NCBI GenBank assembly: GCA_050633305.1 | Contig: JBOEGF010000009.1 | Location: 30,314-94,313, forward strand | Length of the DNA: 64,000 bases | Direction: 5' to 3' | Origin: Nannocystales bacterium | GTDB taxonomy: Bacteria; Myxococcota_A; Polyangia; Nannocystales; Nannocystaceae | In this document: positions 55,187 to 64,000 of the stretch, piece by piece | How positions within the stretch are numbered: position 1 is the stretch's first letter | Layout: the number at the start of each line of letters is the position of its first letter | Notes under the pieces: generated by a model | The model's input: the letters and a program-made list of their open reading frames with translations, nothing else | What the model was told of the DNA's origin: nothing | The model's database searches: none | Program-made: the position numbers and the translations under genes

Positions 55187-57757
55187 ATGATGCTGCCGAC
55201 CTCGCCTGCGGGCGGTCTGAGTGCTCGTCTCAGTGCGTGCCTCGACGCGCTGCCGCGCTATCGCGTCGAGCGGACGCTGCCCGCACATGTTGGGGTTTCG
55301 GTCGAAGCCCACGACACGCGGCTCAACCGACGCGTGTTGCTCCGGATCTACGGACCCGAGAACAACCCGGACCGAGCGCTCGCGGGCGCGCAGGCGGCCA
55401 GCCAAGTTCGCCACCCGGCAGTGGTCTCGGTCCACGATGCTGGGATCCTAGGCGAGGACGGCGACCGTTCGGTCTACGTCGCGGTGGAGCACTTGGCTCC
55501 GTCTCGAAGCCTCCGAGCTTGGCTAAGCAACGCGCCCGCACGCGTGGAAGTCTCCGAGACCTTCGACACGCTTGCCCAGGGCCTCCATGCGGCGCACGAG
55601 GCGGGGGTTGTTCATGGCGGACTGGACGGAACCGCCGCTCGCGTTCGGTCCGACGGGCGGGCTGTTCTGATCGAGTTCAGGGGCAGTGGCGTGACGCGGG
55701 CGGACGACCTTCGAGCCCTGGCGCGATTGTGGCTACGGGCGACGGCGCGCTGGCGAAACGCGCGTCGCGAGGCTGTGCTGAGGCGAGCGGTGGATCCGCG
55801 TCAGCGCGATCCGTTCGCGTCGGTCGAGGCGTTTCGGCGTGCCATGTTCGACGCTGGGCGCTCGCGTGCGGGGGCGGTGGCCGTCGGTTTGGCAGTGTCG
55901 GGGGCGGTGGCTGGGGTGGGGGGCTGGTGGTGGGCTGCGGCCGAGCCTCCGCCGACCCCATGCCCGCAGCGTGTGGCATCGGAGGCCGTCGCGGTTTGGT
56001 CCCCGAGACGAGCCGAGGCGGTTCGCGCAGGGTTGAGCGCCGCTACAGGGCCCCAGGCGGCGGAGACCGCTGACCGGTTACTTCCGCGGATCGACGCGTA
56101 CATGGAGCGGTGGCGTGAGGGGGCGGACGCACTGTGTGTCGCCGAAGCGCAGCCGCCTCGGGCTGCTTGTTACGCCGAAGCGCTCTCCGAGCTCGACAGC
56201 CTCTTGTCGTTGTTCGAGGTGAGTGACCCCGAGGGTGTTGCGGTCGCGCCCAGCGCGGTGACCCGGCTGCCCGACCTTGGCGCATGCGATCGCCAACGGG
56301 GAACTGGCGACCCCCAGGCGACCGACTTGTCTCGGGAGTTTGGCCGGCTTCTCGCGCTCGAGCGTATCGGAGCCGACGACGAGTCGTACAAGGCCGCGAC
56401 CGAACTGTTGGCCAGCACGCCGGGCCTCACGGACTCCCAACGAGCGCGGCTGCATCGTTTTCGGGCGGTCGCGTTGTTCGAGCAGCGTGCCTTCGAGTCG
56501 GCGGTGGACGAGGCCAAAGACACCTACGCCATCGCGCGCAAGGCCGGCGCGATCCGGGAGCAGGTTCAGGCCGCCTCGTTGTTGGTCAGTATCGAGGGCA
56601 ACGAGCGGCGCAACCAAGCGCAAGCCAGCGCTTGGCTCGAGCGGGCCCGGGAGGCAGCCGAGACCCCGGGGGCGGACCCGCTGCTGGTCGCGATCGTCGA
56701 CAAGGCCGAGGCAAACTACGCCTACGGTGTTGGGGACTACATCCGGGCCTTGGAGCTCATCGAGCGTTGCATCGCGACGCGGTCTCGGGTCCAGGGGCCC
56801 GAGCATCCGATGACGTGGAGCAGCCGCAACAATCGGGCGGCGATCCTCCGCACGCTCGGGCGTGGCGACGAAGCGAACACCGAGGTGCGCATGCTCTTGG
56901 AGCATCAGGTTCAGACCTACGGGACGATGAATGCCACCGTGGCTCGCTCCTACAACAACCTGGGGTCGGGTTTGTCGGAGTTGGGGCGGTACAAAGAGTC
57001 GGTCGAGGCGCTCGAGCGGGCGGTGGAGATCTGGCGCGCCACCAAGGGCCCACGCTACGCCGACCTGGGGATGGCATTCACAAACCTGGGGCGGACCTAT
57101 GCCCAGCTGGGACAGTACGAGCTTGCGCTGGAGAGTCTGCACTCGGCGATCGATGTGTGGACCGATGCCTTCGGGCCCGACGACTACCGGCTGGGTATCG
57201 CTCGCAACAACCTGTCCGCCACCTACACGATCATGGATCGGCACGGCGACGCCGCGGAGCAGGGCGAAGAAGCCTACCGTATCCAGGTGGCGCGCAATGG
57301 GCCCGACCACCCGGACAACGTCTATCCCACCACCAACCTCGCGCACTCGTACGCGAAACTGGGACGCTTTGCCGATGCTCGGAGGTGGGCGGATGAGGGC
57401 GTGCGAATCGTCCGCGGTCGTGAGGGCGAGCTGCCGATCGAGTTCTACAAGGCCGTGAGCATGTCCGCCGAGGTTCACCTCGAGGAGGCTCGGGCCACGC
57501 CGGAAGACGCTGAGCTGGTCGCGCAGGCGCTCTCGGGGATGCGAGAAGCCTGCGCGCTCTCCGTGTCAATGGAGGACGGGATCGACCCGGCGCACTGCTA
57601 CACGGTCCTTGCGGAGGCGCTCCTCGACTTTGGGGCGGACGATGCGGCAGCGGTCGCCACCCGGGCCATCTCGCTGATCGACGCCAGCGAGACGACGCGG
57701 CAGGGCTACGCCGATGCCCGCAAGCGGCTCGAGGCGCGTGTGCGACCTCCGCAGTAG
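55187..57757 (+). CDS. Degenerate Ser/Thr kinase domain, TM helix and TPR repeats
   Basis: HPAVVSVHDAG, GLHAAHEAGVVH kinase remnants; TPRs of the HP....NNLG type. Confidence 0.85.
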   Translation: MMLPTSPAGGLSARLSACLDALPRYRVERTLPAHVGVSVEAHDTRLNRRVLLRIYGPENNPDRALAGAQAASQVRHPAVVSVHDAGILGEDGDRSVYVAVEHLAPSRSLRAWLSNAPARVEVSETFDTLAQGLHAAHEAGVVHGGLDGTAARVRSDGRAVLIEFRGSGVTRADDLRALARLWLRATARWRNARREAVLRRAVDPRQRDPFASVEAFRRAMFDAGRSRAGAVAVGLAVSGAVAGVGGWWWAAAEPPPTPCPQRVASEAVAVWSPRRAEAVRAGLSAATGPQAAETADRLLPRIDAYMERWREGADALCVAEAQPPRAACYAEALSELDSLLSLFEVSDPEGVAVAPSAVTRLPDLGACDRQRGTGDPQATDLSREFGRLLALERIGADDESYKAATELLASTPGLTDSQRARLHRFRAVALFEQRAFESAVDEAKDTYAIARKAGAIREQVQAASLLVSIEGNERRNQAQASAWLERAREAAETPGADPLLVAIVDKAEANYAYGVGDYIRALELIERCIATRSRVQGPEHPMTWSSRNNRAAILRTLGRGDEANTEVRMLLEHQVQTYGTMNATVARSYNNLGSGLSELGRYKESVEALERAVEIWRATKGPRYADLGMAFTNLGRTYAQLGQYELALESLHSAIDVWTDAFGPDDYRLGIARNNLSATYTIMDRHGDAAEQGEEAYRIQVARNGPDHPDNVYPTTNLAHSYAKLGRFADARRWADEGVRIVRGREGELPIEFYKAVSMSAEVHLEEARATPEDAELVAQALSGMREACALSVSMEDGIDPAHCYTVLAEALLDFGADDAAAVATRAISLIDASETTRQGYADARKRLEARVRPPQ

Positions 57758-57805
57758 TCGAATCGAAGCTCGAACCGGGGGGCGGCGTCGTGCTATGCCG
57801 CGAGT

Positions 57806-59845
57806 ATGGCCAAGCGTGTTCTCGTCACCGCAGCCCTGCCGTACGCCAACGGATCGATCCACCTCGGACACATGCTCGAGGCAGTGCAGACCGATGTCTA
57901 CGTGCGTGCCCGGAAACTCGCCGGAGACGACTGCCGATTCATGTGGGCGGACGACACCCACGGCACGCCGATTCAGGTCCGCGCTCGCAAGGAGGGCATC
58001 ACGCCCGAGGAGGTGATCGAGCGGGCCTATACCGAGCACCGGGCCGACTACGACGACTTCCAGATCGGTTTCGACGTGTTTCACAGCACGCACACCGAAG
58101 AGTCGAAGAAGCACGTCTACAAGATCTTCGAGGCGCTGGAGAAGAGCGGGAACATCGAGAAGCGGAGCATCGACCAGCTCTACTGTCCTCACGACGAGAT
58201 GTTCCTCCCGGACCGGTTCGTCAAGGGCATCTGCCCCAAGTGCAAGAGCACGGACCAGTACGGCGACAACTGCGAGGTCTGCGGGACCACCTACAACCCG
58301 ACCGACCTTGGCGAGCCCCACTGCTCGGTGTGCGGGACCACGCCCGTGATGAAGGCAAGTGAGCACTTGTTCGTGGACCTCGGTCGCCACACCGACTTCT
58401 TGCGCACTTGGATTGAGTCGGGCGGGGTCGATGGCGGCACGCCGCTTCAACCCTCGCAGCGCAACTATGTGATGGAGTGGGTCGAAGGAGGCCTTCGCGA
58501 CTGGGACATCTCTCGCGATGCGCCGTACTTCGGTTGGGAGATTCCCGGCAACCCCGGCAAGTATTTCTACGTCTGGTTCGATGCGCCGATCGGCTACATC
58601 GGCGCGACTCAGAAGTGGTGCGACGACAACGGCGTCGACGTTGATGAGTACTGGGACGGGAAGAGTCGTGAAGACGTCGAAATCGTTCACGTCATCGGGA
58701 AAGACATCGTCTACTTCCACAGCCTGTTTTGGCCCGCGATGCTGAACGCGGCCGGCTACACGACACCGTCGCAGGTGCAGGTGCACGGCTGGCTCACCGT
58801 GGGCGGCGAAAAGATGTCGAAGACTCGCGGCACGTTCATCTTGGCCCGCACCTACCTCGAGCATTTGCCCAGCGACTACATGCGCTACTACCTGGCGGCG
58901 AAGGTCGGCGCGTCCGTCGAGGACATCGACCTGTCGTTCGAGGACTTCGTCAACCGCTGCAACGCCGAGTTGGTCAAGAAGGCCGCCAACCTCTGCAGCC
59001 GCAGTATGAAGTTCGTGTTCGGCCGCCTCGGCGGGACCCTGGGCGAGCTTCCCGCCGACACCGCCGAGATCGTCGCCACGGCGCAGGAGCGCTTGCAGAA
59101 AGCTCGGGGGCACTTCCTGGCCTTCGAGTCCCCCAAGGCGGTGCGGCTGGCGATGGAGGTTGCGGAGGACTTCAACCTCTACCTCACCGAGAAGGAGCCC
59201 TGGAAGCTGGCCAAGTCGGACCCCGAAGCGGCGCGAGGCATCTGCTCGGCTGGCATTTACGCCTCGCAGGTCATCGCGACGATTCTGGCTCCGATCCTGC
59301 CCATCTGGGCCGAGAAGATGCAGCGCATGCTCAAGCTCGACGCGCCGCTGAACTTCGAGACCGGCGGGACACCGCTTTCCGGCGGGCACGCGGTCGCGGA
59401 GTACGAGACCCTCGCGGAGCCGATCGACGCCAAGGCGATCGAGGCCATCGTCGAGGCCAGCAAGGAAGACGCCGCGCCCAAGCGGACCTTCGACTACGAG
59501 GTCGAAGAACTCGCAGAGCAGACCAAGATCGATGCATTCGATGCGGTCGACCTGCGGGTGGGCAAGGTGCTCGCGTGCGACAAGGTGGAGAAGGCCGACA
59601 AGCTGCTGCAGCTGACGATCGACCTGGGGCCGCTGGGCATGCGCAACATCTTCAGCGGTATCGCCAAGAGCTACGCTCCCGAAGACCTGGTCGGCAAACA
59701 CGTCGCGGTGTTCGCCAACCTCAAGCCTCGCAAGATGCGGTTCGGAATGAGTGAGGGCATGGTCTTGGCCTCGGGTGCGTCAGACGATGGCGTGACCGTG
59801 CTCGAGCTCGACCCGAGCTCCAAGCCCGGCGAGAAGATCACGTGA
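57806..59845 (+). CDS. metG: Methionine--tRNA ligase with C-terminal tRNA-binding domain
   Basis: ALPYANG.IHLGH, Zn knuckles, WDISRDAPYFG, KMSK and NLKPRKMRFG motifs. Confidence 0.97.
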   Translation: MAKRVLVTAALPYANGSIHLGHMLEAVQTDVYVRARKLAGDDCRFMWADDTHGTPIQVRARKEGITPEEVIERAYTEHRADYDDFQIGFDVFHSTHTEESKKHVYKIFEALEKSGNIEKRSIDQLYCPHDEMFLPDRFVKGICPKCKSTDQYGDNCEVCGTTYNPTDLGEPHCSVCGTTPVMKASEHLFVDLGRHTDFLRTWIESGGVDGGTPLQPSQRNYVMEWVEGGLRDWDISRDAPYFGWEIPGNPGKYFYVWFDAPIGYIGATQKWCDDNGVDVDEYWDGKSREDVEIVHVIGKDIVYFHSLFWPAMLNAAGYTTPSQVQVHGWLTVGGEKMSKTRGTFILARTYLEHLPSDYMRYYLAAKVGASVEDIDLSFEDFVNRCNAELVKKAANLCSRSMKFVFGRLGGTLGELPADTAEIVATAQERLQKARGHFLAFESPKAVRLAMEVAEDFNLYLTEKEPWKLAKSDPEAARGICSAGIYASQVIATILAPILPIWAEKMQRMLKLDAPLNFETGGTPLSGGHAVAEYETLAEPIDAKAIEAIVEASKEDAAPKRTFDYEVEELAEQTKIDAFDAVDLRVGKVLACDKVEKADKLLQLTIDLGPLGMRNIFSGIAKSYAPEDLVGKHVAVFANLKPRKMRFGMSEGMVLASGASDDGVTVLELDPSSKPGEKIT

Positions 59846-60927
59846 AGAAGCCCGAGCACCAATGGGAGACCCGGCTGCACCTCGCCGTTCGGCTCCCCTC
59901 GGTGCCCGAGGCGTTCGCGGACCAACCCCGTGCGGAGGCGTTCGAGCTGCGGTTCCACGATGGTCGCCGCGGCCATGTGGTCTGCGGTCTGAACCGTCAG
60001 CAGGCGGATGACGTCGCCGCCACCGACCCCGACCTGGCCCATGCGGTTCGGTGCTGGCTGGTCGCCCGAGGGGCGCGGACCACCGCCCTTCGGGGCCCGC
60101 GGGGGGAACTCGATGCGGGCCCGATCGACGTGGCGAGCTTGGGCTCGGCGCCCACCCGCAGTGACCGGCTGATCACGCTTGCTCCCTCCAACGCCGAGGT
60201 GGTGCATGCGTTGGAGTGTTTTGACCGTGTGGTCGCATGCGAAGACTCATCCGACCATCCGCCGCGCACCCAAGAAATCCCGCGTCTGGGTCCCGACTTG
60301 GGCCCCGACCTGGACCGGGTGGCGGAGCTGGAGCCCGACCTGGTGGTCAGCTCGTTGTCGGTCCCGGGCATGGAGCGCATCGTGACCGGGCTGCGTGCAC
60401 GGGCTCTCCCACAGGTTGTCCTCGCGCCGCGTTCGCTCGGGGATGTGTGCGCCGATGTGCGGACAGTGGCGGCGCTGCTGGGTGTTCCCGAGGCGGGCGT
60501 CCGGGTCGTCGCGGACATCGACGCACAACGGGCTGCGTTGGAGGCCGACCGTTCGAGTGATCCGGTCCCCGTCTATCTGGAATGGTGGCCCAAGCCGATG
60601 TTCACGCCGGGCATCGACTGCTTCAGCAACGAGTTGATTGCGCTCGCGGGCGGTCGCAACGTCTTCGGAGACCGGCCCGGGTCGAGCCTGCAGATCGAGC
60701 CTGAAGAGCTGCTGAGCGCCAACCCCGGGGTTTGCTTCGTGTCCTGGTGTGGGGTGGCGGAAGCCAAGCTCGACCCGCAAAACCTGATCGGACGGCCCGG
60801 TCTCCAGTCCCTGTCCGCGGCACAGCAGGGGCATGTCTACGCGCTCGACGAACAGTTCAGCGGCCGTCCGGGCCCACGAATGCTTGAAGCTGCGCGCCGA
60901 ATGGCGACCAAGATCCGCGGCCTGTAG
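59842..60927 (+). CDS. Cobalamin/Fe-siderophore-binding protein (BtuF-like) with N-terminal extension
   Basis: RLITLAPSNAEVV, LEPDLV, LAGGRNVF and RPGPRMLEA motifs. Confidence 0.8.
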   Translation: MKKPEHQWETRLHLAVRLPSVPEAFADQPRAEAFELRFHDGRRGHVVCGLNRQQADDVAATDPDLAHAVRCWLVARGARTTALRGPRGELDAGPIDVASLGSAPTRSDRLITLAPSNAEVVHALECFDRVVACEDSSDHPPRTQEIPRLGPDLGPDLDRVAELEPDLVVSSLSVPGMERIVTGLRARALPQVVLAPRSLGDVCADVRTVAALLGVPEAGVRVVADIDAQRAALEADRSSDPVPVYLEWWPKPMFTPGIDCFSNELIALAGGRNVFGDRPGSSLQIEPEELLSANPGVCFVSWCGVAEAKLDPQNLIGRPGLQSLSAAQQGHVYALDEQFSGRPGPRMLEAARRMATKIRGL

Positions 60928-61078
60928 GGCGGGGCGACTCGATCCGCACGCCATTTTTTTGCGTGCGAGATCCCGCTGTGTCTACTGTCGCAACACGCCG
61001 CTGGGACACCGATCCAAGCCATGCCCATGGGGGGCAGGCGGGTCGTGCGTGGTCACCAGAGGACCGGAGTGCATCGTC

Positions 61079-61396
61079 ATGGTCGTCGAATCGCTGAAGA
61101 GCTGGTTGCCCGAAACCCTGGAGAATGAGGCCAAAGACCTCTCCGAACAGCTTCGAAGCTTCAACGGTCACAGGACCGTTTGGCTCGATCGCGAAAACTG
61201 CATGTGGCACGCCGAGCCCGACGAGATGCTCGAGGAGATGGGTCACCGCTACGTCGGAACCTTCTTCCGCCCCGCGCAAGAGGACTTGTGTGACGCGCTG
61301 GCCAAGATGGTGCCGATGCGACCGGCCGTTCGTATGCGTCCAAACCGTCTGCCGGCCCCGGCTTTCGCTCGCGTGGGTGCTCTCGCACCCGCCTGA
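61079..61396 (+). CDS. Hypothetical protein
   Basis: GGAG RBS, 105-aa ORF followed by a terminator. Confidence 0.6.
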   Translation: MVVESLKSWLPETLENEAKDLSEQLRSFNGHRTVWLDRENCMWHAEPDEMLEEMGHRYVGTFFRPAQEDLCDALAKMVPMRPAVRMRPNRLPAPAFARVGALAPA

Positions 61397-61416
61397 ACCC
61401 GTCCTTCACATCCAAG

Positions 61417-61455
61417 AAAAGCGCGGTCGCTGCCCCCTTGCAGCGCCGCGCTTTT
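61417..61455. terminator. Bidirectional intrinsic terminator
   Basis: AAAAGCGCGG..CGCTGC / GCAGCG.CCGCGCTTTT between convergent genes. Confidence 0.8.
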
Positions 61456-61470
61456 GCAATGTGCCAACGC

Positions 61471-62118
61471 CTAGAAATCAGCCGGGAAGGCGCAAACGCC
61501 ACCGCCGCCACCGCCACCGCCGAGGCTGAGGCAGTCCATCCCCGTGGGACAGGTTGTGCCCCGCTCGCAGGCGAGCAGGCACTGGGCGCCGCCTCCACCT
61601 CCGCCTCCGGGTCCCCCGCCATCGCCACGGCAGAAGGGCTGTGCGTCCCCTTCGGACGGCGCTGGGCAGTCCTGCTCGTCAACGTCGCATTCTTGCGTAC
61701 ACCAGTTAACGCCGGCGTTTTGGCCGCCGCCGATCTGCGTGCACTCGTAGTCCCCTACGCAGGCTTGGTCGCCAGGGCAGGGGCCGTAGAGGCCGTCGCC
61801 CTCGCCGCCGCTGCTCGAACTCCCTGAGCTTCCGGAGCCACTGCTGCTACCAAATCCGGTCGAGCTGCCGCTGCTGCTGCCCGACGAGGTTTCGCCGCCG
61901 CCGCTGGAGGATGTGGAGTCTGGTCCCGAGTTGGAGTCGCTGTCGGTCTGCGCCGAATCTGAGGCCGCCTCGGAGTCCGAAGCGGAGGCGGTCGTGGTGG
62001 TGGTGGTGCCACTGCCCGTGCCGCCGTCGGTGTCGGTGTCGCCACCGCTGTCGCCCGAGTCGCACGCGCTGAGGCTGAGCCCGAGGCCCAGGAAGAAGGT
62101 CAAGGTCATCCGCTGCAT
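61471..62118 (-). CDS. Cys-rich lipoprotein with Ser/Thr/Gly linker
   Basis: Lipobox LSAC, low-complexity linker, many C-terminal Cys. Confidence 0.75.
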   Translation of the reverse strand: MQRMTLTFFLGLGLSLSACDSGDSGGDTDTDGGTGSGTTTTTTASASDSEAASDSAQTDSDSNSGPDSTSSSGGGETSSGSSSGSSTGFGSSSGSGSSGSSSSGGEGDGLYGPCPGDQACVGDYECTQIGGGQNAGVNWCTQECDVDEQDCPAPSEGDAQPFCRGDGGGPGGGGGGGAQCLLACERGTTCPTGMDCLSLGGGGGGGGVCAFPADF

Positions 62119-62130
62119 GACTCGACCGTA

Positions 62131-63309
62131 TCACTGCCCCTCGAGCACAAGGTCGCGCAGGCGGTCACGGGCCGCATTGATCTCCTGCGATATGTTCTCT
62201 TCGGTGGGAATCAAGCTCGACGCGTTGAACCAGATCACCAGCGTCACCTCGGTTTCGGGGAAGTGATAGGCGAAGGTGCGGTAGCCGAACTCGTGGCCGC
62301 CATGACCAATACCGCGCAATCGTCCGGGAGGGCCCCATGCCTCGACGCCGGCCCCGTACAGCGGGAAGTCGTCCTCGCCCGTCTCCACGCTCGGCATCAT
62401 GCGCGCCAAGGCGTCCTCCCCGAGGATGTCGCGCTGCCCAAGCAGGTGGTCGAAGAACGTGACCAGGTCGCGCGCGGAGGAGGTCATGCCCCCATCGCCC
62501 CCGACGCACAGGTTCGCGTAGCTCCGCGTTGAATCGACCAATGCGCCGTCCCCCATGAGGTCGAAGTACCCGTGGGCCACACCCTCGTAGCCGAAGTCGT
62601 CGACGACGTAGGCCGTCTCGTTCAGCGCGAGCGGCTCCAGCAGCCGCTCCTCCACGACTTGGGCTTGTGGTTTTCCGGTGACCGCCTCGATGATCCAACC
62701 CAGCAGGAGGTAGTTGGTGTTGGAGTAGGACCAGTCCTCGCCTGGGGAGAACTCGGCGTCCGAGTCCAGGGCGTGGGCGTAGCAGGCCTGGGTGCTCCAC
62801 GTCTTCTCGGGCCGGTTGAAGAGGTCCAGGACAAGTTCGACGTCGAGGAAGTTGTAGACGCCGCTGGTGTGTTGCAGCAGATGCGTGGTGGTGATGCGAT
62901 CCGCGTTCGGCAGTGAGGCGGTCCGCTCGGGAAGCAGCGTGGAGATCGGGGCGTCGAGGTCGAGCAGTCCCTCCTCCGCCAAGGAGAGGATCGTCGTTGC
63001 GACAAAGGTCTTGGTCACGCTTGCGATGCGGGTGCGGTGGCAACTCTGCATCGCTTCACCCCGGCCGAGATCGACGAAACCAGCGGAGCCTTCCCAGGTG
63101 CCATTCGCATCCCGGACCGCAAGAACGACGCCTGGCAGCCCGGAGTCGACGGCGTCTTCGAGCGCAGCTTGAAGCGCCCCTGCCAACGGATGTTCGGACG
63201 TCGGTTCGGCCTCGCGAGAGAAGCATGTGGACGGTTCCCCTTCGGGGACAGGGTCCACGTCGCAGGCGGAGCAGGCGAGAAGGGCGAGGATTCGAGCGAG
63301 GTTCTTCAT
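62131..63309 (-). CDS. Serine hydrolase (beta-lactamase / D-Ala-D-Ala peptidase family) lipoprotein
   Basis: SVTK, LLQHTSG, YSNTNY and GHGG motifs. Confidence 0.9.
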   Translation of the reverse strand: MKNLARILALLACSACDVDPVPEGEPSTCFSREAEPTSEHPLAGALQAALEDAVDSGLPGVVLAVRDANGTWEGSAGFVDLGRGEAMQSCHRTRIASVTKTFVATTILSLAEEGLLDLDAPISTLLPERTASLPNADRITTTHLLQHTSGVYNFLDVELVLDLFNRPEKTWSTQACYAHALDSDAEFSPGEDWSYSNTNYLLLGWIIEAVTGKPQAQVVEERLLEPLALNETAYVVDDFGYEGVAHGYFDLMGDGALVDSTRSYANLCVGGDGGMTSSARDLVTFFDHLLGQRDILGEDALARMMPSVETGEDDFPLYGAGVEAWGPPGRLRGIGHGGHEFGYRTFAYHFPETEVTLVIWFNASSLIPTEENISQEINAARDRLRDLVLEGQ

Positions 63310-63941
63310 CGTCGCGTCCTCCACGCTCCCAAGGAGACCGCGAGCCCGCAGCTGACGTCCGCGACGCCCATGACGGGCAGGCCATTTCCGGGCATGAACG
63401 GGGTCTGGGCGAGTTGTCGGTATCGTACGAAGACACGCAGCGGCACTGGGGTGAGCGAGCTGAAGTCGTAGCCCAGCGTTGCACCCAGCCCCACGCGGGC
63501 GGCGACGGCCCAGGGGGCGCGTGCGGCCTGTAAGGGCTGTCCGTCCTCGGCGCGATACGTGGTGCCAGGGACCCGGGACATCTGTCCTCCGAGCAACAAG
63601 CCCAGGTCACCGTACAACCCGAAGGGGGCGGTGAGCCGGGGCAAGAGCGTCGCGTCGAAGCTCCCGCCCACGGCAAAGTTCCGCTGCGAGAACATGCCGA
63701 GGTCCGTCCCAACCTGGAGGCTGAACAGCCGACGATTCACGAAGCGAAGCTCGGTACCAAGCGCCCCGTGGGGAGAGGCGGGGACCGGGTCGAATCCGAG
63801 TGCCCGCGCGCCACCCGTGACGACGATGGGCCAGGATTGACGCGCGGACCAAGTGTCCTTTTGGGGCACGTCCGGTTCCGGTCCGGAGGAGAGGAGCCAG
63901 AGGCTCGTGAGTATCGAGGAGAACTGCATCATGGGTCTCAT
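63306..63941 (-). CDS. Hypothetical secreted beta-rich protein
   Basis: Stop overlaps the hydrolase ATG; amphipathic beta-strands; start uncertain. Confidence 0.6.
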   Translation of the reverse strand: MRPMMQFSSILTSLWLLSSGPEPDVPQKDTWSARQSWPIVVTGGARALGFDPVPASPHGALGTELRFVNRRLFSLQVGTDLGMFSQRNFAVGGSFDATLLPRLTAPFGLYGDLGLLLGGQMSRVPGTTYRAEDGQPLQAARAPWAVAARVGLGATLGYDFSSLTPVPLRVFVRYRQLAQTPFMPGNGLPVMGVADVSCGLAVSLGAWRTRR

Positions 63942-64000
63942 CCGGTGTTTCCCGGCGAGCCCCACGTTCGTGAATCAATCTCGAGGTTCGAGGCAGGATT

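Noticed and set aside
57566..59701. 711-aa minus-strand ORF
   Set aside because: Antisense shadow of metG

Overview
GC-rich bacterial DNA. Ser/Thr-linker lipoproteins, kinase-TPR proteins and a secreted caspase suggest a myxobacterium, probably Nannocystaceae-like (inference). The left third is accessory: secreted lipoproteins; two Rpn/YhgA nuclease genes with internal MTIAE starts (the second frameshifted) flanking a pRiA4b ORF-3 gene; a short tyrosine recombinase; and a tightly coupled minus-strand restriction-modification-like operon (C5 methylase, decayed vsr, Z1 helicase, PD-(D/E)XK/DUF4420, GHKL ATPase, hypothetical, large DUF6339-like protein). This block ends at a 28-bp dif-like site (22403-22430), around which the G/C strand bias visibly flips. 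Next come a DUF4178/DUF350/membrane spermidine synthase/amine oxidase operon and a CRISPR-free ECF sigma, anti-sigma(DUF4384), DUF4384, secreted caspase and surface-protein module whose three transcription units share one promoter motif (G[T/G]GACAC-N13-CGGTGTTG). The rest is mostly housekeeping: SNF2 helicase, beta-oxidation genes, lytic transglycosylase, regulators, aldehyde dehydrogenase, metG, BtuF-like protein, serine hydrolase. I saw no rRNA, tRNA or CRISPR array. Family assignments come from motif recognition by eye, not from database searches.
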